DNA of 64,000 bases from Blasia pusilla (taxonomy: Eukaryota): assembly GCA_050084515.1 (NCBI GenBank), contig CM114271.1:27528001-27592000 (forward strand). Direction: 5' to 3'. The notes under the pieces are model-generated. The model made no database searches. It was given only the letters and a program-made list of their open reading frames with translations, and was not told the DNA's origin. Position numbers and translations under genes: made by a program. Positions 23,465 through 38,300 of this stretch are shown here, piece after piece. Every line of letters starts with the position of its first letter. The stretch's first letter is position 1.

Positions 23465-24551
23465 CAAATCTGGAGCCCCGGGGTAGTGCGGACTCACGAG
23501 CCGGGCAGGAATTCGTACACTAGCAGAAACTCCTGTCCTTGAATGCACCAAGCCAATAAGCGAACGATGTCCCGATGTCGGATCTGGCTGAAAATTCCCA
23601 CCTCGGCCAGAAACTCGTTCTCGCCCTGTTTCGAGCCATCGCTCACTTTCTTCACCGCCACCAGCCGCCCCGAACCGCCAATCACGCCGCGGTATCCGTT
23701 GCCGACCTTTGCACGTTCGTGGAAATTATTGGTGGCCGCACTGAGCTCTTCATAAGTGAAGTTCCTTGTCTAACTTGAGTTCCAAATGCGACTGCTGCTG
23801 CGGATCTCGTCTGCTGAAGCTCCATTTCTTCGCTCGCTCGTTCGCTGCGAAAAAGAACGAGTCCAGAGACGATAGCTAGGAATGCAATGCCGGCGACCAC
23901 GCCTACTACAGTAGCGCGCTGACAGTCGCACTCGATGCAGACGAGGTGGTCGGCAGGGATGGCGAGGAAGAGGGAGATGGCGATATCCAGAGTGCGCGGG
24001 TAGAAGGGAGAGAACTTGTGAGTTTCCAATCGCAAACTGTGTAGAAGTTGTGACACTCACAATATCCAAAGGAGTTCGATCCCGAGAGTCCCACCCCGAC
24101 GAGATTCTCGTCGATCACCTCGGAAAGAGGGTCTGGAATTCTTAGTGCTGACCCTTACCTCCAGAATAGACACAAACGCGTTGTAATCGATCGAAGCGAA
24201 CAAACGGTTGCCAGAGACGCTGCCTCTATTCTGAATCTGAAACTTGTGCTGAAAGAGGCAGCCTGTTGAGTCGATACGTCGAGAACCTGTACAGGCTTGC
24301 TGTAAAGAGCCACTCCAGCAGTATCTTTGCAGAACCCCCCATGGCTCATCTCTATTGTGTGGATCCTGCGTGAGCTTCAACTCTCCTTCAAATTTAGTGG
24401 TCGCATTTCCCAGGCATGCGAGATTCCCACGCTCTCCGCATGAGAACCGAGAGTTGATATCAAGGGCGAACTCAGCTAACACACAAACTTGTCTTTTCTC
24501 TCCCACCCCGAACAGAGCCATGGCCAACACTAAGCCCACCCAAACGCTCAT
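23465..24551 (-). pseudogene. L-type lectin receptor-like kinase (LecRK) pseudogene, 5' part
   Basis: Signal peptide MSVWVGLVLAMALF; legume-lectin motifs LGNA..LKLT, AGVALYSKPV, ASFSTSFRFRI; TM VVGVVAGIAFLAIVSGLVLF; kinase FTYEELSAATNNF, VAVKKVS, EFLAEV, RHRDIVRLLAWC, LLVYEF. Multiple deletions and frameshifts. Confidence 0.92.
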
Positions 24552-27073
24552 TTCCAGCAGCCCGGAACGAGTTACGTTCTCTCGAACTCACACATGAACC
24601 ACAACTGGCCAGACTTACTTCCTACCGCAGAGCTCAGCTTTGGAGCCAGCGCAGGAAACAATTCTCTTGCGGCCGACCACCACTCTCGTGACCCGAAGCT
24701 CCAAGTCACCGGTTTACGATTTCTCCAGACGAAAATAGCACCGTGCTCTATCTTAGCCCTTTGATCGACTGCCACGGCCATCGATCACTACCGCGAGCCA
24801 GCCACCGCCACCGCACCATGTCAGTAATCTCAAGGAGAAAACTTGCCTGCAGACCACCTGTCTACCGTTCCATAATCCATCTGCCACCAACAGTATCATA
24901 CGGATTCACGAACCCGACCCGGAGACGATCTCTTCAATGACGAAAGCTCATGGTGAGTTTCAACCTCCGGGTTGCAGCCCAGAAGCCACAATAAACCGTT
25001 CTGGCTTTGGTGGGAGGAAGTGCATAATCCTGTCATTCACACAGAAATTGGGGACTGTCGTTCTTGAGCTTACAAGGTTTGAATTTGAGCTTCTTTCAAG
25101 AAATTGTCGATCGTTCCATTAGGGCGATCCTGTCCGCTTACGCTTTTTAGCAATTAAAGATGAGCGAGAGGAATTATTTATCAAAGTCCAAACTTTCTGA
25201 TTTTATGATAACCTGAGTTAAAAATCTTAGAAGGTTTTTTCCCCAAGTCAATCGAGAAGCGAATTAAAAACTGATATCCCATAATAACTTAATTCTTGTT
25301 TTGTAGTCTTGTAGGAAAATAATACTCATGGACTTGATTCTTGTTTTGTTGTCTCGTAAGAAAGTAATATTCATAGACTTATCGTACTTTAGGTTTCCTT
25401 TTCAAAATTCGTGTCTTCGAATTAAATTCTGAAGACTTAAGAGAATATTTTTGGTCAAAGATGAATAAGGAAAATACGATATTCTTACACCAAAAAAGGC
25501 AATGACACTTTTTTTTTCTAAGCTCTCCTCTCGAGACAACTTCAAACCTTGAAAGAAAGTTTTTCTTTCCATATTTTTGGCCCGTACAAATGGGTGAAAA
25601 AGAGGGTAAAGGTTTAGTTCTCAAATCCATTATTTTTATTTAATAATTAAATTAGCTTTTTTCAATGAAAATAGAGAATTTATGTTGGGAAAAACATTCC
25701 AGATGAGAGGTAAGGAATGAATAATATTGAGAAGCAACCTTTTCTTTATAAACTCTCTCTACATGGCACGTTTCCTGCCTTCCAAGGAGGGTTTTTTTTT
25801 TCACTTCTTCTATTTTAATTATAAGCTAAAATAAGGAAAACCCAATTTGGAGGAAAAAATAAAATATAATTTGAACTAAATTTGAGAAGATTAAAAAGTC
25901 TCAAAAGTACACACAAAATCTCTCAATACGAAGCTCTTATTGTCTTAAAAGCACATTTCAAAAGTCCAATTGTCTCAGTAGCCCACTTGCCTCAATTTCT
26001 TTTCACTATAAAATATCTTTTTAATCAGAAAAAAACACATAGAATAATTTTACAATTATTTCTTCGTAGCTCTCAACACCTAAAATATGATAGATGCCAG
26101 TAAAATAAATGTGTTCTCTAACTCCTTACAAATGAAAAAATAACTTATTTCACATGCAACAAAAGAAGTTGCATATTTAGACTTTTGTAAGGCATCAAAA
26201 GTAACATACCACATATAAACACATCATCAAGTTAATGAAAGGAAAACTTCATTAATTGCAATAGTTGCCTCATAACCAAGAAGTTATATCATATTATATA
26301 ATATTTCTCTACATTCACTTGAGAGAAAGGCTTTTTGCATGAGTCACAAAGCATTTTTGAGCATGACAAATTCTCCCCGTGTACCTTGTAAACTAAATGG
26401 CTATAGAAATTTGATGGTGTGAATTTTCTCCCTTTTGGGTTTGACTTGTGCACAACTTGGACTTTTTGAAATTCCCTCTCTTGTTTGTGTCTTAAGCTTT
26501 GAGTCCATACTATCATCGAGATTCGAGTCCCTTCCATTCATATCCTTGGAGTTCTCAAATAAGCTCCTAAGATGAATGCTTGCTATTTCCCATGCATCCC
26601 ACTAAAGAAGTGATTTCCATCTCTTGATAGTCTTGAAAAGTGCTTTTTTCCTTCTTATTCAATCTCCCAGGCAAGTGGATGCCACCTAGGAGGGTTAAAT
26701 TCTAAAAAAAAATGCATAAGATGCACATGAAAAGTTACTTAAGGAGTCCCAACTGCCCAACAAACTCCAACAAGTTTCTAACCCAGAACTCAATATTTGG
26801 GCCTTGTGTCAAGGTCAACCGCCCAAGGATAGTGGCCCGATGTCAAAATCTCAATGCCAACCTCTCAATCTATCTCTTTTCCTTGGCTCAAATCCAATGG
26901 TTCCCAAGGTGCAATTCAAATTCCAAAGTTCCAAACTCCCTTAGAGACCCCCCCTCCCCAATTCTTATGTATAGTTCTAGAATAATTCAACTTCTTCTTC
27001 ATCCAAAGAATCCCTCTTAGGCTCATCCTTATTGCCATTAACTATCATTCTCATAAATTTGCACCCATTTTAG

Positions 27074-30000
27074 TATTGAAGATTGAGTTACAGTCAAGCT
27101 CATGAGACACTTGAACTGCTCACACAAAGTAGGGAAGCTTAATCTTGGTTAGTCCGTTAAGCGCGATTATCTTAACTAATGTTAGTTAATCATAATTAGT
27201 CTAACTTAAGACTATGGTTAAGGTTAGGGTTAGGGTTGCTTGTACATACCCTATATAATTGAGAAGGTAAACAGCCTCCACTCATTCTCTCATTGCAAAT
27301 TTTGTCCTCCATAGCGGTGTGTGAGTGTGAGAGCCGTTTCCCACCAATTATGCTTCTTTAGCAGTTTTCCACATTGTATCAAAGCGATAGGAGAACATCA
27401 TTTGAAATTCTTGGTGTTTGAGGAGAGAAGACAGGAAAAAGAAGGTACAATTTCAGTTTGGGAGAAGGAAATTTTGTTCAAAGCTTAATGGGTGTAGATT
27501 TCAGGTGAAGCTTTGACGTTGATAAAACTTTTGAGGCATTTTTTAGGGCTTTCCCAAACGAGTAAGCCATCTGGGTCCACAGCGGCTAGAACGACACTAA
27601 ATTCCAGTTCCAGCCGACTGATAGAGTTTGTTGAGAGCTTTCCAACGCATCCAAAATTGCTCGATTCTGACATTCTAAGCTCATGCAGTAGCAATTTTAG
27701 TGTAGGAAAGTGCAATTAGTGAAGAAAAGTTGTGCAGCTTGCTCTCTATATGCCAATTTCGACTAGTTCTTTCATATCGTTGATCAATTTTGGCAAATTT
27801 CAGGTTGATTTTTGTGTAGGAGTGGTCTATGCTTCAATTGGAGCAGAATAGAGCCTGAAATTACATTTTTGTGAGTGAAATCGTTCGTCATGGAGTATTC
27901 CTCAGCAACAATCACAAGCGAGAAGCTAGATAAGCAGCATTACAATGTCTGAAAGTTTCGCATGAAAAAATTTCTCATGGGTCAAGAACTATGGGAGCTT
28001 GTTATAGTTGATGAGGCCAAGCCACAAGGTGACTCAACAAACTTGAATGTTCGCACCTAGAACAAACGTGCAAGGCAAGTAATCCACTACATTTCAATAA
28101 CAATCAGTTCGCCAATGATATGTCACATTCAAGATGTTGATACTCTGTAGGAGGCCTGGGATGCTTTGGAAAAGATGTTCCAGATAACTATGAAGGCCAG
28201 AAAGCTTCAATTGAAAGAAAAATTGAACGAAGTGAGGAAAGGATCGCAGAGTATCAAACATATTGTTGATTAGTTGAATAGCATTGGAGTGACAGTAGAA
28301 GATGATGATATGATTTTGTTCAATCTTCAAGGTGTTCCAAAGGATTAAAAGTCCTTTGAGACCTCTATCTCTGTGAGAGAGAAGTATCCAACTTTTCAAG
28401 AGTTAGTCCTACTGTTAATCAGTGAAGAGATGCGCATAGTAGGCAACGGTAGCTCGTCTAGTGTGCAAGAGAGTGCGCTATTTGCAGGTTATGGATCAAA
28501 CAGAGGCAAGGATCGTGGCAAAAGCTTCCGTGTTTGTGGTGGATATCAAGCATATGGAAGAAGAGGCATTCAATATAACGTCACTCAATCAACTACAAAC
28601 CACTACCAAACACAATCACAAGGTGGTGATGGTGGAAACCGTTGGGGTCGAGGTCAACAGTAGAGGGTCCCTAGATCTTGCAGTTATTGTGGGATAAAGG
28701 GTCACTATGCAAAGTTTTGCTTCAATAAGAAGGCAGATATGAAAACATGAGCCTTACAACAACAAAACTATGTGGAACAACAACACCAAGAGCAGTACCA
28801 AGAACAACAACATTCACAAAAAGAGCATCTCTTGGTCATGACTCATCATATGGGAACAATGGTCGAGAAAAACTCGACAACAGATTAGTACATTGAGTCT
28901 GGTGCATCAAATCACATGACCTGACAATTTAGTATTTTGGAGCCGGTGAAAGATCCTGCAATTGTGCTCACATGAGATGACACTTAACATCTTATCACAC
29001 ATACCAGTAAAGTTCAAATATCATTAGATGGTCTTTATGCTCTTGGAAATATTCTCTATGTTCCTACCATTGCAAGAAACCTGCTCTTTGTAGGACAGAT
29101 AATAGAACATGGTTATCAAGTAAACTTTAATGCAAATGGTTGTTTCATTGAAACAATGGATGACCAGACTACGATAGCCAAAGGAACTAGATATGCCATA
29201 ATGTTCAAATTAGATATTCTATGCTAGAGATTCAAACAACAATGTATGGTCAAACCGGCCAACAAGTCACAGATTTAAATGTGCGGCATAAAATAATTGG
29301 ACATATGAATCTTCAAAGATTACAGAGTCTTTCCTCATCTAATATAGTAATAGGACTCCTAAATTAGCGAGTCTTGCTATGTTAGAGATATGTCTTGCTT
29401 GCCAATTTGGAAAACAAGCTAGATTTCCTTTTCAAAATAAGATAGAAGAGCATCCAAGATATTGGATTTGATTCACAATGACGTGTGGACAACATCTCAA
29501 CATAGCCTTAGTGGTTGCCAATACTTTGTTTCATTTATTGATGACTCCTCTAGGTATATATGGATATAATTTTTGAAAGCCAAGTCAGAGGTATTCTCAG
29601 TAATCCAAACATTCAAAGTTCTAATAGAGAAGCACACTCGAGAACACATTCAAAAATTACGTTGTGATGGAGGAGGAGAGTATCTTTCAACAGAGTTTGA
29701 TGACTATTTACGTTAGAATGGCATCCAATGTCAAGTGACTTGACGTTACACTCCACAACAAAATGGAGTGGCTGAGAGGAAGAATCGACATATTGTTGAA
29801 GCGAGACGAGCTATATTGAATGAGAAGAATATGCCTTAGGTGTATTGGGCAGAGATTGTAGCATGTATAGTCTTCCTAATCAACCGAACTCCAACAACAT
29901 GAGTTCATGATAAAACTCCATTTGAAGTCTTCACAAGAAGTAAACCTGATTTTTCCCTCTTGAAAGTATTTTGCTGTATTTATTATGCTCATGTTCCTTC

Positions 30001-32339
30001 TGAGAGACGTAAAAAATTAGACCCCAAGTCTGAAAAATGTATCTTCATTGGCTATGGTGATGAAATTAAGGGGTATAAGTGCTACATTCCATCCTCTAGA
30101 CAGCTTATTATTAGTCGCAATATTGCCTTTGAGGAGCTAAAGTCATGGTATGCTCTATCTGAGCCTATTCCACCTCTAAACTCGTCTGTTCAGGGGGAAA
30201 ACATGATTTTTAACCAATAGACATTGTCTTCGACTTCCCCAAGTTCTAGTGCAGGATTAATGTAGGTCCTAGATTCATCAGTTAAATCTGTGAGTCCATG
30301 CACGGGAAGAGTACGTGTTTAGTCTATTGATACTAGTCACAACTCGAGCCAGGTGTTAGAGGCATCTACCTTTGAACAAAAACTTTGTAGATCAAGTAGA
30401 GTTACACATCCAGTTCATAGATTCATAAATGATAGTTTCCTTGCGACACATCATACATATAAGATGACTACCCTTCAAGAACAGGAGCCGAGTTATTTTG
30501 AAGAAGCTGTAGGTAAAGTCGAATGGATTGAAGCTATGGAGGAAGAGCTTGCTGCTTAAAGACATCAACAGACATGGGACCTAGTTGATATACCTTTCGG
30601 TAAGGAAGCTATTGGTTGCAAATGGGTTTACAAAATCAAACGCAATCAAGATGGTAAAACTAATAAATACAAAGTGAGATTGGTGGCTAAGGACTATGCA
30701 CAACAATATAGCATTGATTATGAGGAAATATTTAGCCCCGTTGTAAAGATGGCGACTACAAGAACTGTGGTTGCAGAAGTCGAGATTACATCACATGGAC
30801 GTCAAGAATGCGTTCTTGAATGGAGATCTATACGAGGAGGTATATATGATTCAACCACCTAGATATAAGCATCCTAAGTTTCCATTTTGCGTATGCAGGT
30901 TAAAGAAAGCTCTATACGGGCTCAAACAAGCTCCAAGAGCTTGGTAAGGCAAGATTATATACGTCTTACAAGAGTTGGGTTTTAGGGTATGTGATTCTGA
31001 CTCCTCGTTATATATCTTGAGAAGATAAGATCATACGGTTCTCATTGTGTTGTATGTTGATGATCTCCTGATTATTGGGAGTATTGAAGAAATGGTTCAA
31101 CAAGTCAAGTTTAAGTTACAAGTAGATTTTGATATGAAGGACTTGGGAGAACTCAAGTACTTCCCTTGTATTGAGTTTATTAAGGTTGGAGAGAGCATGT
31201 GGTTACTACAATGATAATATGCTCTTCATATGCTTTCAAAATATGATGTGACGGCTTGTAAGCCAATCTCTACACTGTTGGATCAGAGTGTGAAGCTAAG
31301 AGTGGATGAAGGAGAGTTGCTTGCAGATTCTAATAAATACAGGTGCATGGTTGGAAGTTTGATCTATCTAACTATAACCAAACCATATTTGAGTTATGTT
31401 GTTGGCCTAGTGAGCCAGTTTATGCAAGCTCGTATGCAAGCACCTTGAAAACCTCACCTTGATGGTGTGAGGAGGATTATGCGGTATGTGAAATTCTCTA
31501 TTCAATTCGGGTTTCAATTTGAAATTTCTCTGAGTTTTCAATTACTGGGATTCACAGATGCTGATTGGGCAGGAAGCGTGTCTAATGGACACTCCATATC
31601 TGGTTATTCATTTACTTTGGGAAGCGCTGCTATAAGTTGGGCTTCAAAGAAGCAACCTACAGTTGCTTTATCTTCAACTGAGGCTGAGTACACAGGAGCA
31701 ACCAATGCAGCATGTGAGGCAGTGTGGCTCCATTAATAACTTGTTGAGATTGGTGTTAGTATCTTAGGACCTAGTGTAATATATGCAGATAATATTAGTA
31801 GCATCAAGCTTGTTAATAACCTTGTGTTTCATGCTCGTACAAAGCATGTTGAGGTGCACTATCATTTTATCAGAGAGAAAGTGCTTGAAGGAGAAATTGA
31901 TCTTGTGTATATAGGTACAGATCAGCAAATTGCTCACATCTTTACAAAGGTATTGTCTAAATATAAGTTTGAGATGTTTAGAAATGATTTAGACGTTAGA
32001 GATATCGATATGAGCTTGAGGGGGAGTATTGAAGATTGAGTTACAATCAAGCTCATGAGACACTTGAACTGCTACATTTGGTACTGACACGAAGTAGGGA
32101 AGCTTAATCTTGGTTAGTCAGTTAAGCGGAATTATCTTAACTAGGATTAGTTAATCATAGTAAGTCTAACTCGAGACTATGGTTTAAGGTTAGGGTTAGG
32201 ATTGCTTCTAGATACCCTATATAATTGAGAAGGGGATCAGCCTCCACTCATTCTCTCATTTCAAATTTTGTCCTCCATGGTGGTGTGTGAGTGTGAGAGC
32301 CGTTTTCCACCAGTTATGCTTTGTTAGTAGTTTTCCATA
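27074..32339 (+). mobile_element. Ty1/Copia LTR retrotransposon, full-length but decayed
   Basis: LTRs 27074-27373 and 32027-32339, degenerate iMet PBS 27374-27385, PPT GAGGGGGAG, TSD TTTAG (27069-27073, 32340-32344). Gag zinc knuckle, INT (KKLDPKSEKCIFIGY), RT (LYVDD), RH (DADWAG, SSTEAEY, HARTKH). Confidence 0.95.
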
Positions 32340-35300
32340 TTTAGGACTTATACTTTTGGGGTTATCTAGATCTTGGAATCATCTACTTACAAGGTTTTCA
32401 ATCCGTACCTTATTCATTCCAAATACATCAATATGTTGGGTCAATTTTTTATGATCTGTCATGTGGAAATCCAACAAACAGATCATATTCCAAACTAGTT
32501 TTAAGTCTCTTCTAATTCTTTTGGGACTTGAGCTCTTCTGTAGTTCCAACATGTGTTGGGTCATGCTCCTCTACGTCACAACTATTACCATTTTATTACT
32601 AAGGATAAGTGCAATGGGATGGTTCCGTTGCAAGTCTTATTTTGTAAAGAGTTGCTCTCTTGTACGTAAGTCCAATTTGTGAATCTAGGTAGCATTGCAA
32701 TTTTGGACACTTGTAGAAGAGTTGCAAGATGCATATATGGGTCAAACTTGCTATGGGGCCACACTTTGCGGCTCCGTAAACTCCCAAAGTGCAACTTTTG
32801 AGACTCGCAAGGGGATCGCAAAGGACTTGAATATGATGGTGGTTCCATGGAATGCACTATAAGACTATCTATGAGAGAGGTGGGATCCTCAATTTGGTCA
32901 AGTGATATTGTGCTTGCTAGGAGATTGGGAATACACCAAAGAGTCAGGATGGTGATGTGGTCAGGCGCGAGTGCAACAAGATGCAAGAGAATTTTTTTCT
33001 TGTTGCTTCCTTGTACGAGAGATCTACGCTTGGTTGGAGTAAGTAAAAGTGGGAGTTTGGCCGTAGTATCTCCTAAAATATCAAAATCCATATCTACATA
33101 CGGGTGGACTGACAATGGCAGGTAGAGGCACCATGTTTGCCTCAAGTGTCTAATTTTGAACTTGAGGTGGTGTACCTTCACTTGGGGATCTAGTGACTCC
33201 AAGGTTGATATGAGATGCTTGAGTGCTTAACGTTGACTAGTCAACCTCGAACTCAAGGGGAGTTAGTGATGGAGGTAGCATGGATCGGATAAATGACATT
33301 ACAATCTTGTGGAGTAACATAGAATAATCCGCCCAAGTTGACCTGAAAGGTCGCATTATGTTTCTTCCCCTCATGTCCCCTCAATCATAGAAGCAATTTT
33401 TACAAGTATCTTGCGTCGTTGGTTGCCAAGTCTACGTCAGAGGAAAGGATAGAGAAAAATGTGCAAGTTACGCGCATGGAGGAGCATTTAACCTGCCTCT
33501 CCAAGCACAAGGAGACAATATATACACAACTCTAATTTCCCTATGATGAAGGGTAGTATCGAGAATCCTTGCGATGGAGGCGGAATTGGGTGGTGAGGCA
33601 ATAGCGGCTCCATAGGTGGACTGAGTGCACGCGCAAGAAAGTTGGGGTCCTTAGGAACATCATGTTGAGTACCTCATGCTATTCACCAACATTTGAGGCA
33701 AAGACATTTCTTCTCTTGATGGTAGACATTTTTATGTGTGGCACATGCAAGTGTGTATTGTGTGGGTAGACCAACAACTTGCATATCGACAATGCGTCCA
33801 AAACAGCATTATGTTTGATTTTTTGAATGGCACATGGACATCTCTAGAATGCATGCGGACCATGATATATTGCTTTACTTCCGTATAGTGATAGCGGCTT
33901 GTGAGGTGGTGCGAGAGGCTTTTGCGGTAGAGAAGTGAGAGGCATGGGTGTTGGATACTCTATTACCTGCGAACTACATGGTTGCATCATGGGTGTCAAT
34001 CTTGTTGAGGGATTTGGCACTATGGTGTAGTATAAGATGCCTATAGCCGATGCCAGTGTTTGGGCATTGATTGGCTTGGATCTGATTGCCAAATCAGATC
34101 ATTCACATGGTGACTTCCAAGGTGAGGAGGAGCAGGAAGCGAGTCTGGATAATGAGGAGATAAATCTTACTAAGCGTTTAGCCGCTCTAAGGAAAAGTAG
34201 GAGATCCTCCTTTGATAGTGGATTGGGTAGAGGTCTTGGGCCTATTCGTTGAAGGCAACAAAGTTTAAGATCTAGCATTACTAGCCCTACTAAGTCGAGT
34301 ATTAGGTTATCACGTGGCCGGAAAATGCCCTTAGGGACTTCTTCAAAAACCAAACCTTCTACAAGTTGTTCAATTCCTTGCATGCATGGCACATTAGGTG
34401 TAGGGCATTCTATAAATAGGCCTTGTGACTTGAGTTTTGCTATTGTAAAAAATTTCATCAATCTACAATTTTTTTGACATCTATCGTAGGTTTTCAATCC
34501 ACTTATATAACTTGACACAATGAATGTATGATTAAAATTTATGGAAGAGAAAAAAATTGTGGGTAAATTTATGAAAAATACCAAATTTTGTCTTATGGAA
34601 AAAACTATTTTTCGGCTTTGACGCAAGTTTGAAGATTTGCAACTACAAAGAGCTAAAAATTGCAAGTGTTTTGTGAGTTCTCTATGACCTTCTTGCCGCT
34701 TGGTTATCGGTCCCTTGTGAAATTTTGTGGCTCATTTACAAGTGTAATATAATGGGACTTCAAATATGTGTTTCAGCCGCAAAGTGTGAGTCCATTGTGT
34801 CCGCTTAACCCTCGTTAATTCGTTAATAACTTGGGGTTTCATTATTTATATAGAATTCTCTTGGGCTTTAGCTCTCGACCAAAGAGAGAGGCACGTATGC
34901 TCGACCCAAACCTTCGTTTTATGTTCTATAGGTTGAGACTTAATGTAGTCAGCTACCGATATCCGAGCCGCTCGGTCCTTTTTATCCTACTACCAAATGT
35001 ACTTGAGCACTTAAAAATCTATGACTTTGATTCAATGGAAATCTATTGCAGATTTAAAGCGACCTTACGGCTCCTAGGACTCGCAACGGGACCCCAAATG
35101 AAGTATTTTTTGAGATGACCATTAAGGCTCATGTCTCTCTTCTATAATTCATGTCTCATCTTTGTAGAGTTTGACCTCTTCTCCTCTTTTCTTCACCCCA
35201 AAGCACTCCCAACCTTGAGCTTTGCAAGTAGAAGTCATCGATTGAGTCTCAAAGACTCAATCGATTGCGCATTCCAAAGGTAGCCGAGAAGCCGCCAAGC

Positions 35301-38300
35301 GCTAATTGGATTGAGTCTTACCAAATGCATTTTGTCTCTCTAGGAAGCCTCTTCCCCAAGCCTTCACCGATCTCCCCAAGTTGCTTTCCTATATCCGGGT
35401 GCATCAATTATTTCCTACAGCTGTGCCCCAAACGATACCTTAGTTCAAACTTAAAACACAACCAAATAAGCATCATGGATTCATGGTTAGTCCCTTGTTC
35501 ATCGACTTTAGTGGGTAGGGAGAGAGAGTTTAGGGTAGAGACCCTTAGATACTTCTTGGGTTCTCCATGGGATCCCCACCTTCCTCATTATCCACCTTGG
35601 GCCCTTGATTCCCCCCCTCCAATCCAAATGTGGTTTGCAACCCACGAATCCACAATTGACTAGTTATCCTTCAAGATGGTTTGGCGGAGTCTTCTTGTAG
35701 ATTCTACAACTTCTAGCTCCCCAAACATATCTTTGAGCTTGGGCTCCAGTTTTGTGTGTCTCTTGGCTAGCCCCTACCTACCTTGAGTTGCATTGTTTGG
35801 TATCTCATAGTTGTATTGCCGCTCATCGTGTTTCATGATAAGTCTCATGGCGTCTCGCCCATCTTGACTCCTCATGTGTCTCTTGCTTCTCACCCTTAGC
35901 TTGACTTGGAGCTTGGATCAAGATTCTTACATCCTGCTTGCCTTGCCCTCATCCCCACAAGTAGTTATGCCGCTTTCTCACCTAAGGCTAGTCTCAAGGC
36001 GCTTGCCCATATTGCCTAGCTTACATTAGTCTCGTTTTGGTGCCTCTACTCTCTTGAACGTTGATCTTATATGCCACGGAGGATTCGTTCACTAGGTCAC
36101 GCTCTCCTTATTGATTTACACCCAAACATACTCACATAAGCCACGGTTTGAGTCAACCAGCCTTGCATGTCTTGAGTCTTGGGCTATCCTTCAAGCTCAA
36201 CCAATCTAGATAGGGTCAGATATATACCAACCTATCCCCTCACTCTTCAACACAGAAAAGTCCTTTGAGACTTTGGAAAGACTTCCTTGATGGTTTAGGA
36301 ACCTAAAACGTTGCTAGCGCGCCTAGCGATCCCAACTTCCCAATGGACCTTAAATGAGTCTCTAATGCCATTTTACTCATCCCAAATGCATCTTGGGTCA
36401 AGCCGTTATGACCTCAAACATGGAGAATCCCCCAACGCTAAGTCAAGTTCCGAGCCAAGTTGCAATCCCCTTGGTGCCCAAGTCTTGTGGGACTTGAGCT
36501 CTTCTTAAGTTCCTCTTGATGTTTGGTCTTTTCTGCTAGGTCATGACCTTCATTATTTGAGACGCCCATCAGGGCTCATGTCTTGGTTTTGCAACTCATG
36601 TCTCGCTTGTGAGACTTTGACATGATCCCATCCTAGTGTGAGCCCACTAGAGTTTTGATGTTCGGCTTTGGTGCGCGCGTTTGGTTATATAATTATGAGA
36701 GTCACAACATGTGCGGCCATTCCTAGTCTCATGATTGACTACCTAGTCTAGGTTCTCATTTTTGTGGGTCATACGGAGGTCTTTCCTCCTTAAACCTACA
36801 ATCAAGACTTGCTTCTTGGATCCCGCCAGCATAAGCACCATAAACTTAGCTATTTGCGATGCTCTGTAGTAAGACTTTGATGTGTTTTCATCCTAGTGTG
36901 AACCAAGTAGAATTCTGATGTTCCACGTTGACAACTTGGCAAGCATATGGTTATGACGGTCTTGAAAGTATATATGCGAAGTTCAAATTCCAAGTAATAA
37001 CTTGGGTTCAAAAGGGATGAAAGTGTAATATGGAATTGGAAGAGGTGAAAAAAATAAAATAAATTTGGAATACCACTAACGTGAGTGGAGCATCAAAGAT
37101 ACTATATATTTTCTTACTAAAAAAGACTTGCATGAATGTATAGCATATTTGAAAAATATACATACATTTCATGTAATTTTTTCACTTGAGATTATTCAAT
37201 TTTTTAGATTGTTAGGAATTTACAAGTCACCACTCAACTAGAGGAGCACAAAAAGCAATGCAAATGGGCAAAGGATGTCAAGCTTCTAAGACATGAAATG
37301 ACTTCCAATAGAGCAAAGTTAAGTGGATAAAATGTAAATCCAATCATGATAGTGGCAGATTTGGCTAGGAGGGCAATAGGGGATAGAGGCATCCAATGTC
37401 CATTCTCGAGGTTCAATCTACCCTACCTATGATATAGTCTTATAGTGAAAAAGGTATGTTAGCCCACTCACTCTCCCAAGGAATCATATGAAAAATAAAT
37501 AAATAAATATTTAGCTACTATTTTGTATTCGAGTGAGGGTATTGGAGGACATAAGGATGCATAAACCTTCCATTCAAGAACTCAATGAATAGTAGCTCAA
37601 GTGATAGAGAGGCCACACAATTAGGACATGTTAGTAGGATGATGAAAGTTTCTCACAAAGTTCTCGACCATCATAGCTTCACTTACACTAATCTAACTCA
37701 TTATCTCCACAAGGTAAATCACAAGTTGTACTTGAAATCTAATACCCTTAATGAAAAGAGAGAAGTGGAGGAATAGAAATCAAATAGATAATTCGAAAGG
37801 TAGGAGATAAAATGTGGGTCGCACGTTTCGTGGTTTAGGGTTTTTGATGTTTGGTTTCTCACTGCCATGCCCGTTGCCACATGGCTACATGTTCACAATT
37901 GCAAACTTACTCAAACATACTCAATAAAATTTTCCCAATATTTTGACGGGTTTTCACATGTTTAGCTACATTCTTTGACCAATCTTCTTGATTTCTCTCC
38001 GCGTTCATACTAGACTATAACATCGATTTCCCTAGCACTCATCTACTATTCCAACATTAAGTCTCTAGAAGCAAGTCCTAGGGAATAATGAATTATGCTT
38101 ATTTCCATGTCCTTTCGAATTAACAAGCCTATACAACGTAAGCATTTGGATTATCTATAGAGAGAATTGGATCTCCTAGTTGCACATAGTGAATATCCCA
38201 TCCTTCTCTTACCTTTCTCCTTTAAAGTCATAGTAAAAAAAATACATGAAACCAAGGACACATGATTGCCCACCCATATCAATAGTGCACACATACCTTA

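Noticed and set aside
32585-35663. Several 80-200 aa ORFs as host genes
   Set aside because: No recognisable domains, overlapping frames on both strands, and the region reads as decayed repeat sequence.
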